Positions 18,066 to 31,169 of a stretch of DNA of 64,000 bases are shown here, one piece after another; positions within the stretch are counted from its first letter, which is position 1; the number at the start of each line of letters is the position of its first letter. Location of the stretch: the sequence record MW057919.1. One strand, given 5' to 3'. The notes beneath the pieces were generated by a model. That model made no database searches. It saw only the letters and a list, made by a program, of their open reading frames with translations, and was not told the DNA's origin. A program made the position numbers and the translations under genes.

Positions 18066-18433
18066 TATATCAGTGGAAGCGCCGAGGAGGATATGAATGT
18101 TCATCTGTTGGTGACAAAAGATTCTCGGCTCTTTACGCAAGGCTTCCTGATGGCAGAACAATTGAGGAAGCTTGGCAGTTAGATTGTAAAGGATATCGCA
18201 TATACTCCAACCATTGGAAAGCTGGTAAAGGAAAACCACCACTAGACGGGTATAATCCCAAATATGATGATTATAAAAATCTGTGGAAAGTATGGGCGGT
18301 ATCTAATAAACATCTAATGGATGAATTGCGTCAGAATGCAAAAGAACATGATAACTATCTTTCTGATGTTTTTGCTTCTACTGATATTTCACAGGCACGT
18401 GCTCTAGCAGAACTACTTAATGAAGGATATTAA
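18062..18433 (+). CDS. Start-less NADAR-like (ADP-ribosyl hydrolase-like) reading frame
   Basis: Open 18053-18433, VIYQWKRRGGYECSSVGDKRFSALYARLPDGRTIEEAWQLDCKGY...YLSDVFASTDISQARALAELL; first ATG only at 18317; in the -1 frame of the PolB subunit at C CCA AAG; alternatively ATA 18065 in a TAATA overlap. Confidence 0.7.
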   Translation, partial: VIYQWKRRGGYECSSVGDKRFSALYARLPDGRTIEEAWQLDCKGYRIYSNHWKAGKGKPPLDGYNPKYDDYKNLWKVWAVSNKHLMDELRQNAKEHDNYLSDVFASTDISQARALAELLNEGY

Positions 18434-18501
18434 AAAATGGAAGGTATTCCTAATTAAATATTATCAATTGATCATTACTGCTAACATAAACTTCGACACA
18501 T

Positions 18502-18530
18502 CATAAAACCCTCCCATTACGGGAGGGTTT
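18502..18530. terminator. Hairpin terminator between convergent genes
   Basis: CATA-AAACCCTCCC-ATTAC-GGGAGGGTTT. Confidence 0.75.
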
Positions 18531-18536
18531 ATTTCG

Positions 18537-20051
18537 TTAACTAATTTGGTATTTTAAATTCTGATTACCGTTTAGAACATAAATCTTACCGTCATTATTA
18601 AACGTATTGGCAAAACCTGCATCCACTAAACCAGTTTCTAAATTACCTAAATTTATCCATCGTGCTAATCGTGGTTCATAATACTTAATTGGTGCGTTAT
18701 TTTGATTTTCACCAGCGATTACATAAAGTTCACCAGATGGGCGTATATTAATAGCTGCACCAAGAGGTATACCTGTAGTTATTGGTTTGGACCAATTATT
18801 GTTGGTTTGATTGTACGATATGATTCCAGTATTAACACCAGCACCAACCGTACCACCAATAACGCATACGCTATTATTATAAATACTCACTGAATAATCT
18901 TGGGTATATTCCCCAGTATCATTAAATGCTGCACCACTGGTATATGTATCTGTAGTTGGATTGTACATTAATGTAAATCCACGATTATTTGTCGCAGTTG
19001 TATCAGCTGCACCTAATATGTAGATTAACCCATTAAGACTAGTTCCACGTGCATACCGGCAAGCTATCGTGCCTGGTGATTTTATTTCCCATGTATTAGT
19101 TGCAGGATCATAACACTGCATATCTTTAGTAAGTACACCATCTGTGGCACTTTCACCACCATAGAAATATACTTTACCATTAAATGCAACAGCCGAGCAT
19201 TGTTTAACTGCTATAGGCGTACCAGTTGGTTGTAATGTTGTTAACTTACCCGTGACTAAATTCAGTGTACGTAGAGCAGTATTAGCATTATTCTTACCAC
19301 CGTAATAATAGACTAAGTTACCTATTTGGGCACCTGCTGCCATTTCGTTATCAGTTTCAAAATCAGTAAGTTTAATAACATTATCTTTAACGAATGGATA
19401 TGTACCACTAGCATAAACCACTGGACGCCAACCTTGGGTTGCAGCACCCGTTTCACTACTTGACGAGCTAGTTATATCAATCGCATAGTAGCCACGATAG
19501 AGCTGGTCATTAACTGGATCACTACCTGGGTCTCTTCCCCAGTTAGTAGTACCATCAGTGCTAATACCACCAGCGACCGCTTGGTTAATACCTAAGTCAT
19601 TATCTGTAAATTTATAAGGCCAGTTAGCACCATTTAAATTAGATACGTGAACATTATAAAGTAACCTTTGCCATTCTGATGTGGCACCAGCCATTGTTAA
19701 TAAACCAAATTTATAAATGTTCCCCATAAATCTAACTTCATAGTCACCATTACGGAGTCCGGCATTATTAAGCCGTGATTTTTGTATTGATTTACGAGCT
19801 GGTTTCTTTGGTATGTAACAAGTAACATTTTTATTAGAGAACTTTAACCATGGTTGTCCATCATTGATTACTGTTCCAAATGTCATATTAACTAATTTAG
19901 CTGCATCATCATAACCAAATAATTCTGAAGATGTTGTTTCACCATACAAACCTAATTCCCTTGTCCCAGCTATCAGTGTTTTAGGACCTGGATAAGGATC
20001 GGAATATATAGGCGTATTTGTTAGTCCAGAAGACAACAATAACTCAAACAT
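18537..20051 (-). CDS. Virion protein: phiKZ paralog-family N-terminal domain plus Kelch beta-propeller (gp83 position)
   Basis: PGPKTLIAG...WLKF...KKP.R N-terminal signature; six Kelch-like repeats (GNLVYYYGG, NGKVYFYGG, NGLIYILGA, NSVCVIGG, GELYVIAG, GKIYVLNG). Confidence 0.8.
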   Translation of the reverse strand: MFELLLSSGLTNTPIYSDPYPGPKTLIAGTRELGLYGETTSSELFGYDDAAKLVNMTFGTVINDGQPWLKFSNKNVTCYIPKKPARKSIQKSRLNNAGLRNGDYEVRFMGNIYKFGLLTMAGATSEWQRLLYNVHVSNLNGANWPYKFTDNDLGINQAVAGGISTDGTTNWGRDPGSDPVNDQLYRGYYAIDITSSSSSETGAATQGWRPVVYASGTYPFVKDNVIKLTDFETDNEMAAGAQIGNLVYYYGGKNNANTALRTLNLVTGKLTTLQPTGTPIAVKQCSAVAFNGKVYFYGGESATDGVLTKDMQCYDPATNTWEIKSPGTIACRYARGTSLNGLIYILGAADTTATNNRGFTLMYNPTTDTYTSGAAFNDTGEYTQDYSVSIYNNSVCVIGGTVGAGVNTGIISYNQTNNNWSKPITTGIPLGAAINIRPSGELYVIAGENQNNAPIKYYEPRLARWINLGNLETGLVDAGFANTFNNDGKIYVLNGNQNLKYQIS

Positions 20052-20152
20052 TTTGTGTGCGCCTCTTTTATAATACGTAGTGCATAAGATTGAATTCTAT
20101 ACAACGCAGCCTTATCTTTATGATTATAAATTAATACTGGTAGAGATATAAA

Positions 20153-21394
20153 ATGCTACATACGATAGAAATCTCTAATGAAGTGTTAGATGTGAATGTT
20201 AAGCGTGACTTAGGTCCATTGATCGAAGAACATCTAACCAAGATTCGTGATAAATTAGATAATCAACAGAGAATAGATATTAATGATTTTAGGTCACTGA
20301 GTGATGATGTTTCTAAGATCCTCAATATGAATATAGAGTTTACACACCTGGATGATCAGGGTATAATGGGTGGTGCATACACATCCTTTACAGTTGGACA
20401 TACTGGTAGTAAATTTGACAATATTAATCGAGTTACTTTAGCAACTGAGCAAGGTGTCAATACATTCATTAATATTGATTTAACAAATTTAAAAGTTACG
20501 GGTGAGGCTGTTTCAACTTTTAAATACAAGGTCGGTTTATCTATTGGTTTATTATCGGCTATTAACCGTGTTAGTATAGCAGAAGCTACTGCCATTACAT
20601 TACATGAAATTGGGCATTGTTGGGAAACACTGGCTACAATGGGTGACTACGTCTATCTTAACTATGCACTTACTGAAGGTATACTTATCTTACAGGGTAG
20701 GAAAGCTAATAAGTATAAGATTCAATTATTGGATGAAACATGGTTAAAGAAAAACGTTGATCCAGCCGATTATGAGAAGTTTGCTAATGATAGGACTGAA
20801 GGAAATATTCGTAAAGTCATTCTATCATCATTTAAGAAAGCGCAACGTCCGCATTTAACTGGTGATGTTCAATCATGTAAACGCGATGAACAATTAGCTG
20901 ATTTATTCGCCACTCGATTAGGTTATGGAAGGCCACTGGCAACGGCATTAACTAAATCAGGTCGGTATTATAATGACCGTGAATATAAATCTGTTTCTAG
21001 CCATATTACTGCTGAGGTATTCAAAGGTCTATTTATGATCATTGGTTTACCTGTTACACTAGGTATCATTGCCGGTAATTTAAAAGTTGGATATGATCCA
21101 ATTAGTTCACGTTATGACAAACAACGACAACGTTTAATGAAAATTAAACAAGATCTAGTAGCACAACTTAAATGGGTAAAGGACTCATCACTAAAACCAG
21201 GAATTGATGATGACATTAAAGTAATTGATTCATTGATAAATGATTTAGCTAATGAGTGGACCATTTTTGATAAAATTTTAGATTTCCTTAGTCCCCAGCG
21301 TCGTAAAGATAAACGGGCTACTGAATTAGAAGATACTTTAGAAAGTCTATTAAATAATGACTTATTTGTAAGAGCCTACCGCTTAACTAAATAG
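20153..21394 (+). CDS. Virion protein with HEXXH zincin motif (gp84 position)
   Basis: 413 aa; ITLHEIGHCWE and downstream EQLADLFATRLGYG typical of zincin-like folds. Confidence 0.8.
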   Translation: MLHTIEISNEVLDVNVKRDLGPLIEEHLTKIRDKLDNQQRIDINDFRSLSDDVSKILNMNIEFTHLDDQGIMGGAYTSFTVGHTGSKFDNINRVTLATEQGVNTFINIDLTNLKVTGEAVSTFKYKVGLSIGLLSAINRVSIAEATAITLHEIGHCWETLATMGDYVYLNYALTEGILILQGRKANKYKIQLLDETWLKKNVDPADYEKFANDRTEGNIRKVILSSFKKAQRPHLTGDVQSCKRDEQLADLFATRLGYGRPLATALTKSGRYYNDREYKSVSSHITAEVFKGLFMIIGLPVTLGIIAGNLKVGYDPISSRYDKQRQRLMKIKQDLVAQLKWVKDSSLKPGIDDDIKVIDSLINDLANEWTIFDKILDFLSPQRRKDKRATELEDTLESLLNNDLFVRAYRLTK

Positions 21395-21405
21395 AGAGAA
21401 AAATC

Positions 21406-21855
21406 ATGCAACAATTAGGTTTTGAACTTTCCCGTATTCTAAAGCAACTGCCTAACTTAGGTGGTTCTGATCGTAAAACCCGCGCAATGCTCCTAGCTAA
21501 TGCGGTGGCATTACAGATTCCATTTGAGATTTTACTTGATTTCAATGAACAACAGGATAAAGCTGTTGCTAAATTTAAGAAAATCTTAAGTAAAGTTAAT
21601 GAGAATATTGCAGTTGATACTAAACTAGCCGTAACCTATTTTAACAATATTCTTCGCATTCGCCAAAGTCTTATCAACGGTATTACTGATCCATGTCTTG
21701 TCAAAGCTGTACTGACATCTGATACCGCTAATGATTATCTAACTGTCGATGATATCAATATTGTCTCTGCCGTTGTTAATGGCCCAGATTATAACCGTAT
21801 CCAAGCAGACATGGGTAATGCATTAAATCAATTAATCGGTAGTATTGATGAGTGA
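21406..21855 (+). CDS. Virion/minor capsid protein (gp85 position)
   Basis: 149 aa, within the structural operon; synteny. Confidence 0.75.
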   Translation: MQQLGFELSRILKQLPNLGGSDRKTRAMLLANAVALQIPFEILLDFNEQQDKAVAKFKKILSKVNENIAVDTKLAVTYFNNILRIRQSLINGITDPCLVKAVLTSDTANDYLTVDDINIVSAVVNGPDYNRIQADMGNALNQLIGSIDE

Positions 21856-23134
21856 GGTTAAACCCATGTCTCATGTTAAAGAAGTAGATGTCGAAGAGGA
21901 AAAACTTTTCTTTGATGAGAACCAACCAGAGATGGTTGAAGGCGAAGAAGAGACTGTTTCAAGTGCCTCGGCTCCTGAAATTTTAGCTAAGATGTGTGTA
22001 ACTGTCGAAGCGATTCATCAGCTATCTGATATTTATGCAATCACTAAACTTGAAGGCGTATCAAAACCAGATGTTGATGGTATTCGAGCATTAGTTAAGC
22101 GCATGAGCACTGAAGGGTTTGAAGCTCCTAAGAAAGCAGTAGCTTCACTTGAGCAATATGCTTCTATGTTTACACCAACCCGTAGTACTCTTAATGTGAC
22201 TATTTCTCAAGAGGCAGTGATGGCTACCATCATTAATACTCTTAAGACTTGGTTTGAGAAACTAATGGAACTATTTGCTAAGCTGATGCGTTGGATTAGT
22301 GATTTTAAGAAGCGTGATGTTGTTGTAGCAACTCGTTATGGAAAGATTGTCCGGGCAGTTGATCAAGCACGTACTCTCTTTCAAGAGTTACTAGTTAAAA
22401 ATCGATTAGGTAATCGAAAGGATGCATTACTAGAAAAGTTTGATGCAATTGCACAATCAATCATTGATGATCCTAAAATCCTAGCTAGTCGTGTATATGC
22501 TGCTGCATTTGGTAGTGTATACTACCAGAAAGAAATCATTAATATTAATAATGAAGCACGTACTGAACTAGGTACAATGGAAAAGCTAGTTGGCACTATC
22601 ATTGAATATGTTAATTACAATGGTGATGATTATCGTGCACTTATGCCTATTGTCAACATCCGTGAGATTGGTAAACTAGCTACCCGGTGCAATGAACTAT
22701 CTACAGTATATCCTGATCGTTCAAGCATTCCAGATTTCCCCGATAAGAATTTCTGGAAAAACTCACATCTATTAAAAGATCGTTTTGTCGCACCACTTGA
22801 TGATTTGTTAAAAGCATATCGTAATAGCAGTGATGCTTTACGTAAGTTAAAGCAACTATCACGTAATTATAGTCAAGAAACTATTGATGCTATTGGTGAG
22901 TCTGTTCAATTAATCAACACTTCTCTTGAAGGTATGCGTCGTATTACTGATACGATGTTTGAATATTCTCAAGCACAATATCTAGCAGCTAGTTGCGTAC
23001 TTAACTATTATGGTAAGTGTGCACAAGTAGTTAGCGAAGATTATAAGATCCATGGTTTCAATGATGCTATTCGCGAGTGGCAGCGTCGATTTGATAAAGT
23101 TATCGATGACTTTAAACGTGGTTATGCAATGTAA
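21845..23134 (+). CDS. Head protein with acidic propeptide (gp86 position)
   Basis: 429 aa; ASLE and ISQE sites fit the S/A/G-X-E prohead protease consensus. Confidence 0.8.
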   Translation: MMSEVKPMSHVKEVDVEEEKLFFDENQPEMVEGEEETVSSASAPEILAKMCVTVEAIHQLSDIYAITKLEGVSKPDVDGIRALVKRMSTEGFEAPKKAVASLEQYASMFTPTRSTLNVTISQEAVMATIINTLKTWFEKLMELFAKLMRWISDFKKRDVVVATRYGKIVRAVDQARTLFQELLVKNRLGNRKDALLEKFDAIAQSIIDDPKILASRVYAAAFGSVYYQKEIININNEARTELGTMEKLVGTIIEYVNYNGDDYRALMPIVNIREIGKLATRCNELSTVYPDRSSIPDFPDKNFWKNSHLLKDRFVAPLDDLLKAYRNSSDALRKLKQLSRNYSQETIDAIGESVQLINTSLEGMRRITDTMFEYSQAQYLAASCVLNYYGKCAQVVSEDYKIHGFNDAIREWQRRFDKVIDDFKRGYAM

Positions 23135-23141
23135 AATACAA

Positions 23142-23172
23142 CATAATGCCCTCCCCTAGGGGAGGGCTTATG
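23142..23172. terminator. CATA-hairpin-TATG element between convergent genes
   Basis: CATA-AT-GCCCTCCCC-TA-GGGGAGGGC-T-TATG. Confidence 0.75.
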
Positions 23173-23175
23173 ACC

Positions 23176-27147
<3,972 letters not shown>

Positions 27148-27183
27148 TTATAACTCTCTGCAAACCCATATAGGAAGAGAAAA

Positions 27184-28347
27184 ATGCCATTACCTGTAAT
27201 CGCCGGAGCAGTTAGTTCTGCTCTGATGACTGTTGCTGCTGATCAAGGTGTACGTGGTCTAATGCAGACTGTCCTACAAGCCACTAAAAATGGTGTAGAG
27301 ATTTCTTCTCTAACCGATCTAGCACGTCCAACTCGTGTTGAACCATTGGTCATCGTAGACCAAACCTTAGTTGATCAACCTTACATGAAAGACGTTATGA
27401 AATTTGTTTCATCGTCTTTTACTGGTTATTATCTACAAGCTGTTAATATGCTTCTAGGTGTGGATAAGATTGATACTTTAAAAGTATTCGATACTATTAA
27501 TCCTAACCGTACAGGTGTAACTCGCACTAGCGTATTCTCTGCCGAAGAGTATTCTGATGGTCTTCCTTCATTAGAGTCTTTTGAGAAGCCTGTGCATTTA
27601 CCAAATATCGTCGCTGAACACTCACATGAGCGTTGGGTAGCTTCAATGGAAGCAAATGACGAAAGTACAAGTGCACAAAGTATTTCTAGTGGCGATACAC
27701 AAAAGATTTATGAAGTTGAAAACCTTGCCGTTGGTAAGCTGGTTAACGTTGATGTTAAATCAGGAAAGCAGAAAGCTAAAATTCCTGTTATGATCCGTTT
27801 AATTCCAGCCGCTGTTAGTCCTCAGATTATTGCGCACATCTTTAGTGCTGGTGGACGAGATACTTGGCTACATCGTCTATTTCTAGTGAAAACTGGTCAA
27901 ATTAAATTCTGGCGTGACTTTGTTCTAGGTCAGGATATGATCGATGAACATTATCGCATTCTAATGAATGATAAGTCAGGTGTTTATAAACAAATCACCG
28001 ATCGTCGCCGTAACAACTGGAAACAATCTGTTCGCAGTGGCACGGTTTCATTAGCAGATGCATCAAATATCGCGATTGTATCAACGTCAACTCTTAAAGC
28101 TGCTTCTAATTCTCTTTATGGTCGTATCGATGATTTCGCCACTCGGCAAAAGATCTTTGACAATAGCTATCTAATGATGCTTGTTGTTATCGATGATCGT
28201 TATGAGCGAGTAACTATTTATCATCGTGGGGTTGATCTATCTACATCCCACCGACTTGATGAAATTAAAATGGCTGAAAAGAATAAAGGTCCGGATATCA
28301 CTGAGATCTTTAAAATGATGAATAAAACCATGTCTACCAATATTTAA
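27184..28347 (+). CDS. Inner-body/head protein (gp89 equivalent)
   Basis: 387 aa; SLE and SME protease sites; synteny. Confidence 0.8.
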   Translation: MPLPVIAGAVSSALMTVAADQGVRGLMQTVLQATKNGVEISSLTDLARPTRVEPLVIVDQTLVDQPYMKDVMKFVSSSFTGYYLQAVNMLLGVDKIDTLKVFDTINPNRTGVTRTSVFSAEEYSDGLPSLESFEKPVHLPNIVAEHSHERWVASMEANDESTSAQSISSGDTQKIYEVENLAVGKLVNVDVKSGKQKAKIPVMIRLIPAAVSPQIIAHIFSAGGRDTWLHRLFLVKTGQIKFWRDFVLGQDMIDEHYRILMNDKSGVYKQITDRRRNNWKQSVRSGTVSLADASNIAIVSTSTLKAASNSLYGRIDDFATRQKIFDNSYLMMLVVIDDRYERVTIYHRGVDLSTSHRLDEIKMAEKNKGPDITEIFKMMNKTMSTNI

Positions 28348-28354
28348 GGACTGA

Positions 28355-29287
28355 GTGATGAGAATTATTGATTATGTACGTGAACTCGCACCAGTTACTG
28401 AACGTCGTGAACTATTAAATCAAATCCGTTCATTACGTGAAGAATATGATGCAACTCTCGCACCAATTATTGACGATGTAGGTGAAGTATTTGGTAATAT
28501 GCAACTTAAATCAGATTTAGGTATGCGACTATCTACTGAACTACGGCGAGCGATTAGTTTTAATACCGAACCAATTACACTAGTACTGGATACTCTTTCA
28601 AATATTCGTGGTAGCTTTGATATGATCGAAAGCGAAATCCGACGTTTATTTGCTATTCAGTTTACTAACTCTAATCTAACCTTTGACCGTGCAAATATGC
28701 TACGTTTTGTTGATGGTCTTAGTTTCTATATTCGTTATGGCCGTAAACTACTGCTAAATCTAATTGCACAAGAAGCAATGAAATTAGGTAAGGCTACAGA
28801 ATTAAAATCATCTCGTGCTGAGAAAGAATGGCTATACACCAATATGGCACAATTCATTACTCTGTATCCAGCAATGAGTCTTAAGACTAATGAACTGAAA
28901 CAACGCTTAAGCCGTGCATCTAGTGCTGAAGTCAATGAAGGTACTTATGATGTAGCTGTGAGTGCTCTCTCTATAGCTCAACGTGATCCACTTAACATGG
29001 ATGGCTTCTCACCTCGTCAGAACCCGTTCGTGCTATTTGGCAAGTTCTTAGCTGAGTATCAGGTTGAACGTTTTAAAGAAGCTGAGCAAGAATTCCTTGC
29101 ACTTCAACTACGTTTACAAGAAATGCGGGAAATGCAAAGTAATGGTAAAGTGGATGCACGCCTACAGAAGCTTATTAAAGAGTATGAAATTCGTATCTCT
29201 GATTATAACTATCGCCTAGGTATGATCCAAGATCGCGCATCTGAGTTCTTTGCTAACCATCGTGATCTACTATCTCTTGGTCACTAA
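28355..29287 (+). CDS. Inner-body/head protein (gp90 equivalent)
   Basis: 310 aa, helical; TAATG overlap with the next gene. Confidence 0.8.
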   Translation: MMRIIDYVRELAPVTERRELLNQIRSLREEYDATLAPIIDDVGEVFGNMQLKSDLGMRLSTELRRAISFNTEPITLVLDTLSNIRGSFDMIESEIRRLFAIQFTNSNLTFDRANMLRFVDGLSFYIRYGRKLLLNLIAQEAMKLGKATELKSSRAEKEWLYTNMAQFITLYPAMSLKTNELKQRLSRASSAEVNEGTYDVAVSALSIAQRDPLNMDGFSPRQNPFVLFGKFLAEYQVERFKEAEQEFLALQLRLQEMREMQSNGKVDARLQKLIKEYEIRISDYNYRLGMIQDRASEFFANHRDLLSLGH

Positions 29288-29832
29288 TGGAGGGCATTGA
29301 TATGCCAGCAACTAATGCTGTACGCCCATTTGGTCGTAATTACTCAGGTGGTCAACAACAGGCCATTTCACGGTTCACTGCTCGTCCCGGTGATCCTCAA
29401 GTTGAAGAACTATATCTTATCTTTACCAACTTTCCTGCACAAACTGCATATTGGGAATTCCATAAGAAAGTTCTAGCTTGTGCTATTCGTCTTTTTAGCG
29501 GAAACTATAATTGGTTTATTCTACAGGACAATAATAGTAATATTGATAGTTATAATTATCAATTCCTATTAGATACTGTTCGATACATTGCTACGGGTCA
29601 TCGACGTATTTCAATTACCCAATGGCCAATGTTACTAGCTACTGAACCAGATGCTGGTGCACAACTCATTGAACCGCGCGCTGAAATTGCTACTCTCTTT
29701 AATGAGTTAAAATTAGATCTAGATACTGTTTCAATGATCCAGAATTGGGTTAAACACAAAAACGGTATGAATGATCTAATGTATACCCTACATCTACTAT
29801 TTGGATCTGTAGAAGTAATAGATAAGGACTGA
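29287..29832 (+). CDS. Virion/minor capsid protein (gp91 position)
   Basis: 181 aa; translationally coupled to the previous gene. Confidence 0.75.
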   Translation: MEGIDMPATNAVRPFGRNYSGGQQQAISRFTARPGDPQVEELYLIFTNFPAQTAYWEFHKKVLACAIRLFSGNYNWFILQDNNSNIDSYNYQFLLDTVRYIATGHRRISITQWPMLLATEPDAGAQLIEPRAEIATLFNELKLDLDTVSMIQNWVKHKNGMNDLMYTLHLLFGSVEVIDKD

Positions 29833-29841
29833 GGACTATCT

Positions 29842-31164
29842 ATGACTAATAATTCACTTAGTCATTCGGTCTTACTTGAATCAATCGACGGGGACAGCCC
29901 CGTCGATATGATCGCTACATGCGATGGATATCTAAAAGAATTATTGCCATCAATTGAAGATATTCAAAGTAGATTAGAATGCACTGAAAAAGACATTTTA
30001 GTTAAAACCTATACCGATGGCTTATTTCAAAAATATGCAGATAACCAAGATGTTGTTAGTGAACACATTCTAAAAACTGAGAATGTGTCATTAGAAGACC
30101 TATCTAAGACAGCACGAAATACCTGGGATGAAATGAAAAAATCCCAAGCAAAGCATCGAGATGAGTTAAAAGAGTATGCACGTGTTATTACACAAGGTAA
30201 TCAACGTACTCTTGAACGAATAAACATGCTTTTAGAAAGAGCTGAAAATATTAAGCATGAGCCATTTAAGCAAGAATTAAAATTTAAAAATACTAAACGA
30301 TTTAGTATTGATGGTAAATTCGAACCGACTACAGTTGATCCGATACTCATGCAAGTTAACAACTTGATAGCTTTCTATGATAAATCCCTACTCTTGTATA
30401 TCCAATCTGTAGCGGATATCCTTAGGAAATTATCATTTGATGAAAAATGGACTGATAGAGCTGCACAAGACTTTAGTAAGTTTAATGTTAAGAACTGGAT
30501 GAAGGGTGCAGTACCTATTAAGAAAGATGATAGATTTAGAGTAAGTTCTACAGTTTATCGTAGTATGCCAGTTCAAGGTAATAAGACTTTATTTGGCGCA
30601 GGGCCAACTGAAACACAGACTGAAGAGATCAGGGATTGGGATTTTTTAGTAAATACTGTCCGTGATTTTGCCTTTAAGTTTTATACTATTCCTACTATGA
30701 AGGATGCACCTGAAGGTAACAATACCTTTAAGGTTAATGATACGAGTTCAATTGGAAGACGGTTAGTATTATTAAGCGAAATGGCTAAACGTATAGATGC
30801 TAGAAAAGATTATGCAACTAAACTAGATTTTGAATTTGGTAGGTTAATGCAGTTAGCCGAGACTAATCGTCAACAAGCTGGTAGGATTCGGGCACAACAA
30901 TCTAATATGCGAAATCGTCAAGCAAAAGTTCAAGATCCGGATGCACCTGATGGCATCCCTGCTATCTCAAATATCATTAATTCAATTACATTAATGATCA
31001 ATAATGTAAGTCGCGTTGTAACAGATTTTAGTAATGCTCTTGCTGGTTTAGTCAGAGTAATGGGTCGACTAGTATTCGTGACCGAGTTAGAATTAAAAGC
31101 TTACCAGCGTCCAATTCAAAGACCTACGCAAGAACAAGTAAATAATCCCTCCCAGGTAAGGTAA
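29842..31164 (+). CDS. Head protein (gp92 position)
   Basis: 440 aa; VSLE site; GAGGA RBS. Confidence 0.8.
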   Translation: MTNNSLSHSVLLESIDGDSPVDMIATCDGYLKELLPSIEDIQSRLECTEKDILVKTYTDGLFQKYADNQDVVSEHILKTENVSLEDLSKTARNTWDEMKKSQAKHRDELKEYARVITQGNQRTLERINMLLERAENIKHEPFKQELKFKNTKRFSIDGKFEPTTVDPILMQVNNLIAFYDKSLLLYIQSVADILRKLSFDEKWTDRAAQDFSKFNVKNWMKGAVPIKKDDRFRVSSTVYRSMPVQGNKTLFGAGPTETQTEEIRDWDFLVNTVRDFAFKFYTIPTMKDAPEGNNTFKVNDTSSIGRRLVLLSEMAKRIDARKDYATKLDFEFGRLMQLAETNRQQAGRIRAQQSNMRNRQAKVQDPDAPDGIPAISNIINSITLMINNVSRVVTDFSNALAGLVRVMGRLVFVTELELKAYQRPIQRPTQEQVNNPSQVR

Positions 31165-31169
31165 TTAAC

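Noticed and set aside
18093-18182. 29-aa ORF (MNVHLLVTK...) after a strong GAGGAGG
   Set aside because: SD is only 2 nt from the ATG, and the G-rich run is explained by Arg-Gly-Gly codons of the overlapping conserved-looking frame.
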